Part shown: positions 1-10,705 of the stretch, piece after piece
Position numbering within the stretch: the stretch's first letter is position 1
Layout: every line of letters starts with the position of its first letter
Assembly: GCF_011386835.1 (NCBI RefSeq)
Contig: NC_088791.1
Span: 88,846,001-88,910,000 of the forward strand
DNA length: 64,000 nt
From: Chrysemys picta bellii
Lineage: Eukaryota
Direction: 5' to 3'
The notes under the pieces: generated by a model
Database searches by the model: none
What the model saw: only the letters and a program-made list of their open reading frames with translations
Told to the model about the DNA's origin: nothing
Translations under genes and position numbers: made by a program

Positions 1-1351
1 AACCCTAAAACAGCCCAAACTAGAAAAAGTAAAGTATGCACAAACAGGAAACATCGAAGCTCCATGTCAAGTGTAAATCATCAGTGTACCTGCTCTCCTC
101 CTCCTGTGTAGACAGAGTATGGAGTATATTGGGTATTGCTGACCATGTGCACTTTCATGCATGGACCGAGGCACTGAGTGGCTGAGCCCTCAACCCAAAT
201 TGTACAGTGGCCGAAGAACATAGTAATGTGGTCTGCATGCAATCGGAGCTGGTGGGACATCAAAGTGGGGTTTTGCGTTACCCTCTTACCAGCTGGTTTA
301 ATGCTGAGAAGATGTCTTCCTGGTCACTATTCTCAAACAGAACATGTTCTATTGGACCTGGAGAGTTGCTGGTACTGGAAACAAAGTTAAAACATGACGG
401 CTGAATGTTTAGTCAGCCAATACCAATTGGTAGGTGATTTCTGATCTAGAAGGAAGGAATAGATAGAAAACAAGAGAAGATAGCCCAGTGGGAACAGTGG
501 CAAGGCAAAGAAGGGTTAGCAGCACTTGAATGTCACAAGGCTATGTTCACAGGACAGGGTGGTCGTGTTATCAGCTGACAGGGCTTTAACCTATATATCC
601 ATTGGTGCCACTTATTTGAGGTACTAGAACCAAAACACACAAGTGTGGCATTTTGTATTTGTGTGTGTAACGGGGATTAGTTAACAGGAATAACTGAGCT
701 ATAATGTGAGTTAACTTGGCAGTGAAGAAAATCCCCAACATTTAACCATTTTGTCTACTCCAGACAAAATATCATATATTTGCCATATGATTACACCTAA
801 TTATCCTGCTAAGGATTTCTTTGGGGCCATTATCTTTGGTTAGACCTGCCTGAGCATTGTGCACGGTGAAGTGTGTCACCAGACTGGTGGAACTGCTCCG
901 AGCAATAGTGCAGCAGAAAGGACAACGAGGGTGCATGACCCTATGTGAATGCCAGTGCAGATGTGGGGTTTTGATGGTAGCTGGCAATATACAAGTATTA
1001 GGACTGGTCTATATGTAAAAGTTTAGCCAGAATAGCTATATCACACCTATAACCTACAACTATGTGCGCAAAAGCCCTACGTGTAGAGGCAGTCATTCAG
1101 GAAAACATAAGATACACTGGCAAAAGAATTAGCAGATGTAAAGACTAACCTACAATAGCAAGTTTAAGGGTAGTCAGACTTATGGACCCACAATATCTGA
1201 GGCTTTTAATGTAATGATCACATACTAGTTTCTGCACAGAACAGGTGCCTCATTCAGCTCCAGGATGGATGGTGGTTCATGGAATAAATCCGTGGTGAAG
1301 GAGTCTGTTGTCATAGAACCTCTTCATCATTTCTTGAAGAAGTTGAAAGAT

Positions 1352-1883
1352 TGCCAAGGCCCCCTGGGTCTCACTGAACACTGACAAATGCATAGCTGGA
1401 CACCAAGCTGGCTCACCTGTGTTAGTATAGTTAAATAGGTGTTAGATTTATAGAGGTGTGTTTAGTATTTGGACTTTATGAAATGCTTGTAAGTTGCTGC
1501 ATTCTTTAATCTCACTTATAATATCTTTATCCTATGCTATAAGATAATATTTAAGTGTTTGCTTTGTAACTATAAAAGTGTCTGCTCTAAAACTATAAAC
1601 TGGCACACTCAGGATGGAAGCATTACCAGGTGTGAAGTACAAGTTCTTTGGGACTGGGAGTAACCTGAATATTGTGGTGATTTTTGGTGTAAGACACCAT
1701 CTAACACAAAGGCAGGCTTGCTTTCGGAGGCTTGCTATAGTGCTTTAGGAGTTCACACTGGTTACTTAGTTGGTGAAATGTAATTATAGAATGTACAACT
1801 AGTTTGTGGTTCTTGCCTTTTTCCTTGACAGTGTGCCCTGAGGTTGGCACTCATGCTTCTGAGCTACTCTAGGCAGCTTAACA
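1352..1883 (+). mobile_element. Probable 3' LTR of an LTR retroelement (ERV/Gypsy-like)
   Basis: TG...CA ends (TGCCAAGG...TTAACA), preceded by a purine-rich tract (GAAGAAGTTGAAAGA) and a long stop-riddled reading frame (~720-1200). Family not identified. Confidence 0.4.
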
Positions 1884-1939
1884 GTGTATACTATCTGAAG
1901 TACTGGTACAGGCGAATCTAGACCAGCCCATAATTAAAG

Positions 1940-2440
1940 TGCCTGCCCCTCAGCTAAGGGGCCAAGGGGAACCACTAAGCCCAGGCTGCAATTGATTATG
2001 GGGGACAAAAAAGGAGAAAACAGAATTTTGAGTGAGGTCTAAGGCTGAAAATCAGGGATCCGGAGGAGGTACCAAACAAAGGAGCCCCGACAACCCCCAC
2101 TGCTATTCAAAGGAGTCTAGAAAGTCAGTGGACACCACCCAGAGGAATTCTTCCCAGCGACATGAGCAGACAAAGGACGGGAAATAGGCCTGGCAGTTGC
2201 AGAATACCCCCATCCAGCTTCCTCCTCCTGGTATGATGCATGGCCATCTTGGCCAGCGCCAGGAGGAGGTTGGTGAGGAGGTCCCATGACTTTGCAGGGC
2301 CACGGATGAGGTGTGCAAGGAACGGGAGGTGTGGAGAAAAGTGCAGCCAAAATCTCAGTAAGACGTTCTGGAGGAGTCAGAAGAGGGCTGCAACCTGACA
2401 TGCCCCAGGTAGATGTGTGCCATGGTCTCCGGCAAACAGG
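1940..2440 (-). mobile_element. Tx1-like non-LTR retrotransposon, 3' end of ORF2 (decayed)
   Basis: Minus-strand translation ETMAHIYL...LLQNVLLRFWLHFSPHL...KSWDLLTNLLLALAKMAMHHTRRRKLDG...FE*QWGLSG resembles the C-terminus of Tx1-clade ORF2. It has a frameshift and stops. Confidence 0.7.
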
Positions 2441-2514
2441 GGTCAGTATAGTTAGTGAACCGCATCAGGTGAAGGTGTGTAGTCAATAAGGCAGGGATTA
2501 CAGGAAGAGAAGGG

Positions 2515-2975
2515 AAGGGCTCGTGGTTACGACAGTTGAATGCTACCCTAGAGAACTGGATTCTATCCTGGCCTCTCTCATAGAGTTCCTATGTGATGCT
2601 GAGCTAGTCACTTAAACCACACTTTTTAGAGGTGGTCATGAATTGTGTGTTCCTTATTTTTTCTGTGCCTTACTTGAGCCCTTTGGTCTGATTTGCAGAA
2701 GTGCTGAGAGCTCATAATTGCATCTGAGCAAAATGGGAGTTCTGGTTGAATATATTATGCTAAGTACTCTGAAAAATCAGGCCCTAGCCATCTGGAATCA
2801 GGCACCCAAAATCAATGGATGTTTTTTTCTTTAATCTCTGTGTTATTTGGCTCCTCATCAGAGAAATTGGATTAATCATGTCACCTCAACTCATGGGGAA
2901 TTCTCGAAGATTAATTAATATTTGGGGAGCATTAGGATACTTTTTGGTGATGAAAGCCTTTGAGAAATGAATAAT
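2515..2975 (+). mobile_element. MIR/CORE-SINE-like element with a short internal insertion
   Basis: tRNA-like head (GTGGTT...GGATTCTATCC...AGTCACTTAA) and a degenerate CORE-like tail. Old and diverged; boundaries approximate. Confidence 0.45.
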
Positions 2976-4426
2976 TCTGTGTTCAGAGGAAGGTCTGAAG
3001 AGTGTGTAGCAAATAAAAATATTTTCAATAGATTTTTTTCTCCCTTGTTCAGTTCAAATGTTATATCAAGACTGTATTTTGGCAGTGTGTAACATACTGT
3101 TCTCATTTATTATGTTAATAGACATGTCACATTTTAGACATATTTACAGCTGGGTCTATCACTTGCTATCTGTCCATTACTTTGTATTATGGGAAAAGCT
3201 GAGTTTCTATGGGAAAGTTCTAGTTTTTGCTCCCTGTTGGGGAAAAATAATCTGTTATTCAAAATACAAGAAATCTTAATGTAAGAGTTACCAAGATGAA
3301 CGAAGGATATTTATTATTGTATTACTATTGGTTTGTATGTTTTTTTTATGTTAATAGTAAATACTGCAATGTTACAGTATTTTAAAATTCTGCAGCTTGA
3401 AAAGGAGTGTCCGTTAGATGGCAGTAGAGGATAATAAATGAGAAAGGATGACGCATTTTATTTTCATCAGTGTCCTGGGACCCTTAGTGATCATTTTAAT
3501 CCATGCTTTCTAAAGATCTGCGGACTCATAGTTAAATTGTGTTATAGTAGAGCATGGTTAGCATTAAGATGTATTGACTTTTTTACTGTCACGTGTGTAT
3601 ATCAAATTATAAGTATTGTTTCCCGTTTTCTTTAAGCAATTTCAAAGCGTTTCCCACATAAAATAATTCTTTCTACTTATTAGTTATATGAATGAGTTCC
3701 TTTTCCTGACGTGGAAAATTACTCTGATGTTCTGCTTGATGATTTGTACAGCCATTCAAATCACTAGTCGACTACTTAACAGTATGGTACTGCAACGGGA
3801 ATGGAAAAGGAACATACCTCCCAATGAACGAACGTAATGAACGAAAGAAAATAATACAGTATCCGATAATACAAGAAGGTCCTGCTCTATATTTGGATGA
3901 AATACAGTACATTTGCACTCATCACATTACTTTTCTTTTCGCACACTTGAGATAATGGCGGCGAATGCTGGGGAGCAGGAGAGAGGTTGATGTGTCACGA
4001 AACCTGATTGGTCAGATTTTACCGCAGACTGCAAATCCATAAAAATCAAAGGAGCAGTTTGAAACCAAAATAGGCACAAAAGTGAAGCAGTTTTACCAGA
4101 AGGTCCTCCAGGAGGCAAAATACGGTAATGGCAAATGAAAAATGCCATTTGACAGCCGATCTTATTTTAAACAAGTCACAGAGACGCAGACGCCAGGTAT
4201 TGCCAGAAAATCAGGGTTTCCGTTGAATTAATAATTAGTAGAGGTAGGATTTGATAATCTGCCAAAGCCTGAAAAATGATGATATATATCTATATATTGC
4301 GGAGTCTAAATGGAGCAATTCTCAGACAATGGCGAGCGAAAGGGCCGGGCTAATAACCCGCTACTTTTCTTCTAACTCAAGCATCATGAAAACCGAGACT
4401 AGTGGAGGAGGAGAACGGAGAATAGA

Positions 4427-4464
4427 CCCCGCCCTTGTTTTTCTTGACAGTTTTCAATCAGGTC
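4427..4464 (+). promoter_or_regulatory. Orphan histone H4-type promoter element (GC box plus site II-like motif); no H4 ORF follows
   Basis: CCCCGCCC at 4427-4434 and GTTTTCAATCAGGTC at 4450-4464, close to the vertebrate H4 subtype element GGTTTTCAATCTGGTCCG. Confidence 0.45.
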
Positions 4465-4574
4465 GTCTCCCATGGATCTCAGCCTCGAGTGATGATTCAT
4501 TGCAGAAATATAGTCTATCTAAACTGGAGCCGGGGAACTGTAGGCGAATGGCATAATTCCCAATTTCTTACTCT

Positions 4575-4702
4575 TTACCAGCAATCTGTTCACAGCCTTG
4601 GTGCTCTCAGAGCTACTCTGTTTGGGCAGCAGCCGAGGCATAGCAAGCTATATCTCCTAGGAAGGGATAACCGAGGACTTTCCCGTCCAGGGTAGAAAGC
4701 TT
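4575..4702 (-). pseudogene. H2B: Decayed histone H2B C-terminal fragment
   Basis: Minus frame reads S-V-I-P-S-*-E-I-*-L-A-M-P-R-L-L-P-[12-nt del]-K-Q-S-S-S-E-S-T-K-A-V-N-R versus H2[35 protein letters not shown]. Clear nucleotide similarity to the intact H2B at 8056-8190. Confidence 0.55.
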
Positions 4703-5732
4703 AGTTAAAACTATTCCTAGCAGTAACTTCCGCCTGGAAAGCCGGGGGGAAATGGCGAAACTGCGGATGAGTTAGAGACCAAAATACCTTTTCTATCTAG
4801 CTAGTGGGGCCGTGATTTGACACATTGATTAGTTTAAAAAGTCCACTCTGTTAACAGATGAGTTAGTGATAACCCTCCCCTGTATTTCCTCCTAAAGACT
4901 ATTCATAACTACTTAGACAGTCTCTACCCCTTCGGGTCGGGGGGTGGAGGTGGGAGTTTCAGTACTTCGGTATAAAATTATGTTCCCCGGGGGGAAGAAA
5001 AGGTTGTGTCCTAATGTCTAATGATTTGTGTCCTAGTTTTCCACTCATTACGGTCACTTATTACACCAAGTAGATTATTGTGAACAGAAATAGATTAGGC
5101 CGTAAAATAGAAATTTTATCCTTTTACTGGGCAAGTATTGCAACGCAAGTGATTACTGTTTAAGAATTCCTTTGGTCTGGCGTGTTTAAGGTTTCAGGCA
5201 GGACGAAAGGAGACTAAAGGGAGGAGTGTTCTCAGTCTGAAAGCGGGGTTAGGGAATTAAAGGATCATCCAACCCTCCAAATAACCACAAACTGAAACAT
5301 GAAACTCAATGAGAACGGGGAGATTTTCGATACATTCTGTGATTTAGCTATTACCCTTCCCTGCCTCCAGAGGTGGGTGTTCGGCTGTCAGAGAAATAAG
5401 GAGCGGGAATGACATTCATAAACTGGCCATTTTGAAAGAAGTAGTGAGACATGGAGCCGCCGATATACAAGAACAAGAAGCTGAGGTGGTAGCGAAGGAA
5501 AGGTGGAGTCTGTATCTTGATGAAGTTGCGGAGAGAGGAAACCGCAGAAATGTTCGGTGCTGGGCGGTCCGAGATTCGTAAATTTCAGGGAAATGAGCTG
5601 TGGTGCCGCTACATTCGGAAAAGCCGTAAGCGCTATGATAGTGGTGTGGCGGGAAGGGCGGTATTTCAATATGACAGAGCGGGCTTTTCAAATTTTCAAA
5701 TCACCCAACGAGAGATAGCTCGTTCCCAGCAG

Positions 5733-5763
5733 CCAATCAAAAAGGAGAGTTTGCCTATAAATA
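5733..5763 (+). promoter_or_regulatory. H3 promoter: CCAAT box and TATA box
   Basis: CCAAT at 5733-5737 and TATAAATA at 5756-5763, ~75 nt upstream of the ATG. Confidence 0.85.
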
Positions 5764-5818
5764 TAGTTAGTGCCAGAACAACGGTTTCTTTTTCTCCGTT
5801 TTCTCCCAGAACTAATAA

Positions 5819-6247
<429 letters not shown>

Positions 6248-6279
6248 AGGCTGCTCAGCCATCTTCCAAATGACCCAAA

Positions 6280-6320
6280 GGCTCTTTTAAGAGCCACTAC
6301 ATTTACACTTAAAGGAGTTG
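6280..6320 (+). terminator. Histone 3' stem-loop and U7-binding HDE of H3
   Basis: GGCTCTTTTAAGAGCC at 6280-6295; AAAGGAGTTG at 6311-6320. Confidence 0.95.
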
Positions 6321-7153
6321 TAGCATGCCTATAAGTGTTGTTCGGAGATGGTACACTATTGTAGGTAAGCTGCTTTCTAATATAATGAATGGCGTTTTCC
6401 AGTTCTGTAAAATGCACGTATTCCCTGTTAACTTCTAAAGGAAAACTGAAATATAAAGTTGCTATTTAAAACTTTGGCTTCAAGTTCCTTTCCCACTGTG
6501 AGGTGATTATCTGACAAACTTTAGAAATATTTCATACAAATACCCTTTGCAATTCGAAGAACCTGTAAACAAGCCACCAATGAGTTATTGTGGGGGTGGG
6601 ATATAGGAATGATAAGCAGGAGATTTGAACAATCCCTTTGTAAAATCAAGCCAATCTAATTGGAAACAGAACACACACGCGATCTTTTTCGAAGAGGGAT
6701 GAGAGACAAGGAAAGCGATATTCTTGTGTCGTGTTATCCTCCTTAACGCCGCATATTAAGCCAGGTACATGTTCGAGCAAAAGAATCTATCAGGATGGAA
6801 CTAGGCAAATTTAATCCTTTCACTTATTGCAAGTAATTACTGTTTAAGAACTCCTCCAGTCTTTCATCTATTTAAGACAGGACTGAAGGAAATTAGATCC
6901 CTCATGAGGGCGCAGTGCCCCACCGTCTCAGAGGGAAGAATTACTGAAGGTTAGTTGTGCCGCCCTCTAAATAGCAGCAATTTAAAACACAAAATACGAG
7001 GATCGAGAGAGGTTTCAGCCCATTCTGTGGGTTAACTATTATCCCCGCCCCTTCTTTATCTCCGGGGATTTGTGTGCGTGACGGTTGTTCAGCAGTAAGA
7101 GAAAGAGAGCAGGGATGACATTGACTAGCCAGCTTATGGCGACCGCTTTCTAT

Positions 7154-7404
7154 CTGTGCTTCCAGAGCTCGGCCGTTGTGGCCCGATAGGACGCCAGCGA
7201 ATTGGTGGGCTCTTTGAAAATACTAACTTTAACCTGTGTGCCAGTCACGCCAAAGACAGTCACCTCCTGCCCAAGGACATCCGGTTACGCCGGCGAAACA
7301 GTGGTGAAAGGGTTTACAGGCTGCTCAGCTCAGCTCTCTTCTGCAACTTCCAAACGACCCAAAGGCTCTTTTAAAAGCCACTACATTCACGCTGAAAGGA
7401 GCTG
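7154..7404 (+). pseudogene. H3: 5'-truncated H3 pseudogene with mutated stem-loop
   Basis: Matches the H3 3' third (RFQSSAV...LFENTN...PKDI) with a stop and indels. Its 3' UTR resembles that of the intact gene; the stem-loop GGCTCTTTTAAAAGCC (7364-7379) has a C-A mismatch; HDE AAAGGAGCTG at 7395-7404. Confidence 0.9.
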
Positions 7405-7974
7405 TAACACCCCCATAACTTGTAACATTTTGTTATTTTTTACAAAATGTTAACAGTCCCAAATAGTAATATTCAGATAAACTAGAGAGGGAGAGGGAAA
7501 GTTAGCTACAGGAACTTAAAGAATGGTAGAAACAATGAGGCAAACCTACTATCCTTCAGGCAGATAAGCAGATAATTCATGGAGCCAAAACTTTAGTCGA
7601 GCCTCTAGGAATATTCTTCGGTTAAATAGAGTACTGAACAGTATAATCTGGTAATATGTCAAATGTTATTTACGGGACAAACCGTTTAGCCATATTTTAT
7701 GTTTCTTGGAGGTGACACATCACCGAACTATTGGTTGGGAGGGGGAGAAACGAGAAGGACGAGGAACACCTACATTTTTCCTTAAAATTTGAAACCCCGA
7801 TATAGTTTAAATTGACAATGCCATTTACTAAAACGAAATCAGTCCCCCCTCTATATAGGGAGCATATGAAAAAATGCTTTAACAAGTCGCCTGAAACTAA
7901 AACACAAATACAGATTGTTTTAAAAAATACACTGTTGGAATTTGAAGAACACAAGCAACAGCAATTAGTGATAT

Positions 7975-8017
7975 CAGAGCTCTTTGGGTGAGAAAGTGGA
8001 TGGCTCTTAAAAGAGCC
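7975..8017 (-). terminator. Histone stem-loop and HDE of H2B
   Basis: Plus strand GGCTCTTAAAAGAGCC at 8002-8017 (minus GGCTCTTTTAAGAGCC); minus-strand AAAGAGCTC ~15-20 nt downstream. Confidence 0.95.
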
Positions 8018-8055
8018 TTTGGGTTATAGGTGTTGATAGTCTCACAGCAAACTAT

Positions 8056-8457
<402 letters not shown>

Positions 8458-8536
8458 TTAAAGTACTCGACGTAGACTAGTCTTCAATCTCTAAACACCC
8501 AGCAATAACAGTATAGAAATAGTAGCGGCCGCCCCT

Positions 8537-8780
8537 CTATTTATAGAAGCCTTATGCAAATTAGGCGTTTCCCTTTCCTCTTTTCTTATTGGACGTGAGA
8601 ATCAAGAGCCGTCCCCTCCGGCACATTGTACCTGTCTATTGGTCAGAGTTAGATCCACATTACCATTGGCTGTTCAGACAATAACTATTTGTTAACCTAT
8701 CATAAATCGTTTAACTCTCTAAAGCGAAGTGGTATGAGTGCGGGCTGGAGAGTATCATTTCTTGGTTGTTTTTTTATAAA
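8537..8780. promoter_or_regulatory. Divergent H2B/H2A-type promoter
   Basis: H2B TATA (minus TATAAATAG, ~8537-8545), Oct-1 octamer ATGCAAAT at 8554-8561, three CCAAT boxes (ATTGG at ~8588, ~8639, ~8665), and a plus-strand TATAAA at 8775-8780. Confidence 0.85.
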
Positions 8781-8808
8781 GTAGCTGTGTGTTACAGCAC
8801 AATTTACG

Positions 8809-8865
8809 TTGCCCGGCCAGGGAAATTAAGGAAGTAAAGTGAGGTTTAAGAACAAGTCTCGCTTC
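8809..8865 (+). pseudogene. H2A: Histone H2A N-terminal relic (divergent partner of H2B)
   Basis: ttg ccc ggc cag gga aat taa gga agt aaa gtg agg ttt aag aac aag tct cgc = (M)PGQGN*GSKVRFKNKSR versus H2A MSGRGKQGGKARAKAKSR, 28 nt after a TATA box at the expected position. Confidence 0.6.
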
Positions 8866-9809
8866 TTGTGTCCCTTCTCTGAGTCTAGTGAAAACATGCT
8901 AATGCAAAAATAACTTATCCATCCCTTTCTGTTCTTTCACAGCAATAATTAAGAGCACCCTTTAGAAAGTGCATTAGGATATTTACCAGAGTTGTTTTGG
9001 ATTAACAAAGTAAGAAATTGTACACACACATCTTCCTTTACAGGTTATTTTTGCCGTTGCGAAACAATATAAATATATAAACAACCGATGAATCTGACTG
9101 GAAACCAAATAAAAATCCCTGGGAGGTAATCTGTCGTTTTCTCCAAATCGCCCACTCCGAATGGGCGAAGGAAAGTCTATGTAACACTGAATCCCCCTTA
9201 AGGGAAAAAAAAAGTCTTTACTGGCCAATCCTTGCACAGAGTGGGGTTTTTAAACTACAACTGGTTTAAATCCACTTTCAAAGAGGGCAGAAAGTGAACT
9301 TTTGTTTAGAAATCGCCGTTTCCTATCACACCCTGTTCTCTAGCCCCCCCGACAAAGAGACTGAAGCTGAGACAGCAGTAATGATCATAAATATCCTTTC
9401 ATAAACAAACTCCTGCCTTCCCTTACACGATAGCTATTAGCGCTCACTCCCCTAACAGCACAATTTATAGAAAAGATGCTCGGCTCCAACAGAGTGCTGC
9501 TTTAGTTTGCTTGTAATTGCATCTTCCAAGTTCCAGGTCATTTTCTTTATTCTTTCAAAAAATATATATAACACCATAGATTTAAAATCCCCCCTCCCTT
9601 GTTGATTTATAGTAGGGGTGGTAAAATTACAGTAAGATATAATATAAGGAACGACCGTCTCCAGGGGCTGTTTCATGTTCCTTCCTAATGATGCACAAAC
9701 ATAAATTTTATTTGTCCCCCCCACCCCCTTTACTGTGGTTCTTGTGGCTAGTCGAATGCTGCTTTTCTTTGAAAAGGCACCATGACATTAATAAGTGAAT
9801 CTAGTGTTT

Positions 9810-9850
9810 CAGCTCTTTTTGGGAAAGGATGGGTGGCTCTTAAAAGAGCC
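9810..9850 (-). terminator. Histone stem-loop and HDE of H1
   Basis: Plus strand GGCTCTTAAAAGAGCC at 9835-9850; minus-strand AAAAGAGCTG at ~9810-9819. Confidence 0.95.
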
Positions 9851-9884
9851 GTTGGGTTTTTTATAGTAAGTATCTCACGTCATT

Positions 9885-10550
9885 TCACTTCTTCTTAGGC
9901 GCGGCCCTCTTAGCCTTCACCGTTTTGGGTTTCGTCGGCTTGGGCTTGACAGCCTTGGGCTTCACCGCTTTCGCCTTAGCCGGGCTCTTAGCTGCCTTCT
10001 TAGGCTTGGCGGCTTTCACCTTTTTCGGGCTCTTAGCAGTTTTTTTGGCCGCTGCAGCAGGTTTCTTGGCTTTTTTCGGGCTCTTTTTCACGGCCGCAGC
10101 CTTTTTGGGTTTCTTGGCGGCGCTGGCGGGCTTCTTGGCAGCTGGTTTCTTAGGTTTTGCCGCTGGCTTTTTCTTCGGTGCCTTTTCCTTGATCTCACCA
10201 GGCTTTTTGCTGAGCTTAAAGGAGCCCGAGGCACCGATGCCCTTAGTATGAACTAAAGTGCCCTTGTTTACCAGACTCTTGAGCCCCAGCTTGATGCGGC
10301 TGTTGTTCTTCTCCACATCGTACCCTCCGGCTGCCAGAGACTTCTTAAGAGCGGCCAACGAGACCCCTTTGCGCTCCTTGGAAGCGGACACCGCCTTGGT
10401 GATCAGCTCGGTCACGCTGGGACCCGCGGCCTTCCGGGCTTTGGCTCCTCCAGCCGCCTTCTTCGGCTTTTTAGCTGGAGCCTTTGAAGCTGGAACAGGG
10501 GCTGCAGCAGCAGCTGCTGTCACTGCAACAGCGGGCGCAGTTTCGGACAT
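9885..10550 (-). CDS. H1: Linker histone H1 (replication-dependent somatic type), 221 aa
   Basis: MSETAPA...[71 protein letters not shown] plus a Lys/Ala/Pro tail with SPKK motifs. True ATG is 10550. Confidence 0.98.
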   Translation of the reverse strand: MSETAPAVAVTAAAAAAPVPASKAPAKKPKKAAGGAKARKAAGPSVTELITKAVSASKERKGVSLAALKKSLAAGGYDVEKNNSRIKLGLKSLVNKGTLVHTKGIGASGSFKLSKKPGEIKEKAPKKKPAAKPKKPAAKKPASAAKKPKKAAAVKKSPKKAKKPAAAAKKTAKSPKKVKAAKPKKAAKSPAKAKAVKPKAVKPKPTKPKTVKAKRAAPKKK

Positions 10551-10605
10551 GGTCACACCGTTGATTTACAAACGCTCTACACACGGCTCCCTACAGTAGA
10601 TGCCT

Positions 10606-10705
10606 TATATTTATAGAGACGAGCTGCTCTCTGATTGGTGAGTTTAAGAACCCGCCCAGCTGCAAGGCAGACAGAGCCCTTCTCCCCGCTCAGTTTGTGT
10701 TTCTT
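10606..10705 (-). promoter_or_regulatory. H1 promoter: TATA, CCAAT, GC box, H1/AC box
   Basis: Minus-strand TATAAATATA ~10606-10615, CCAAT 10634-10638, GGGCGGG 10651-10657, AAGAAACACA ~10696-10705. Confidence 0.88.

Noticed and set aside
4505-4550. Minus-strand LQFP peptide resembling H2A, and a weak plus-strand match to the H4 start
   Set aside because: Only 4-5 residues match; not distinguishable from chance.
9925-10599. Plus-strand hydrophobic ORFs opposite H1
   Set aside because: Antisense shadows of the Lys/Ala-rich H1 coding sequence.
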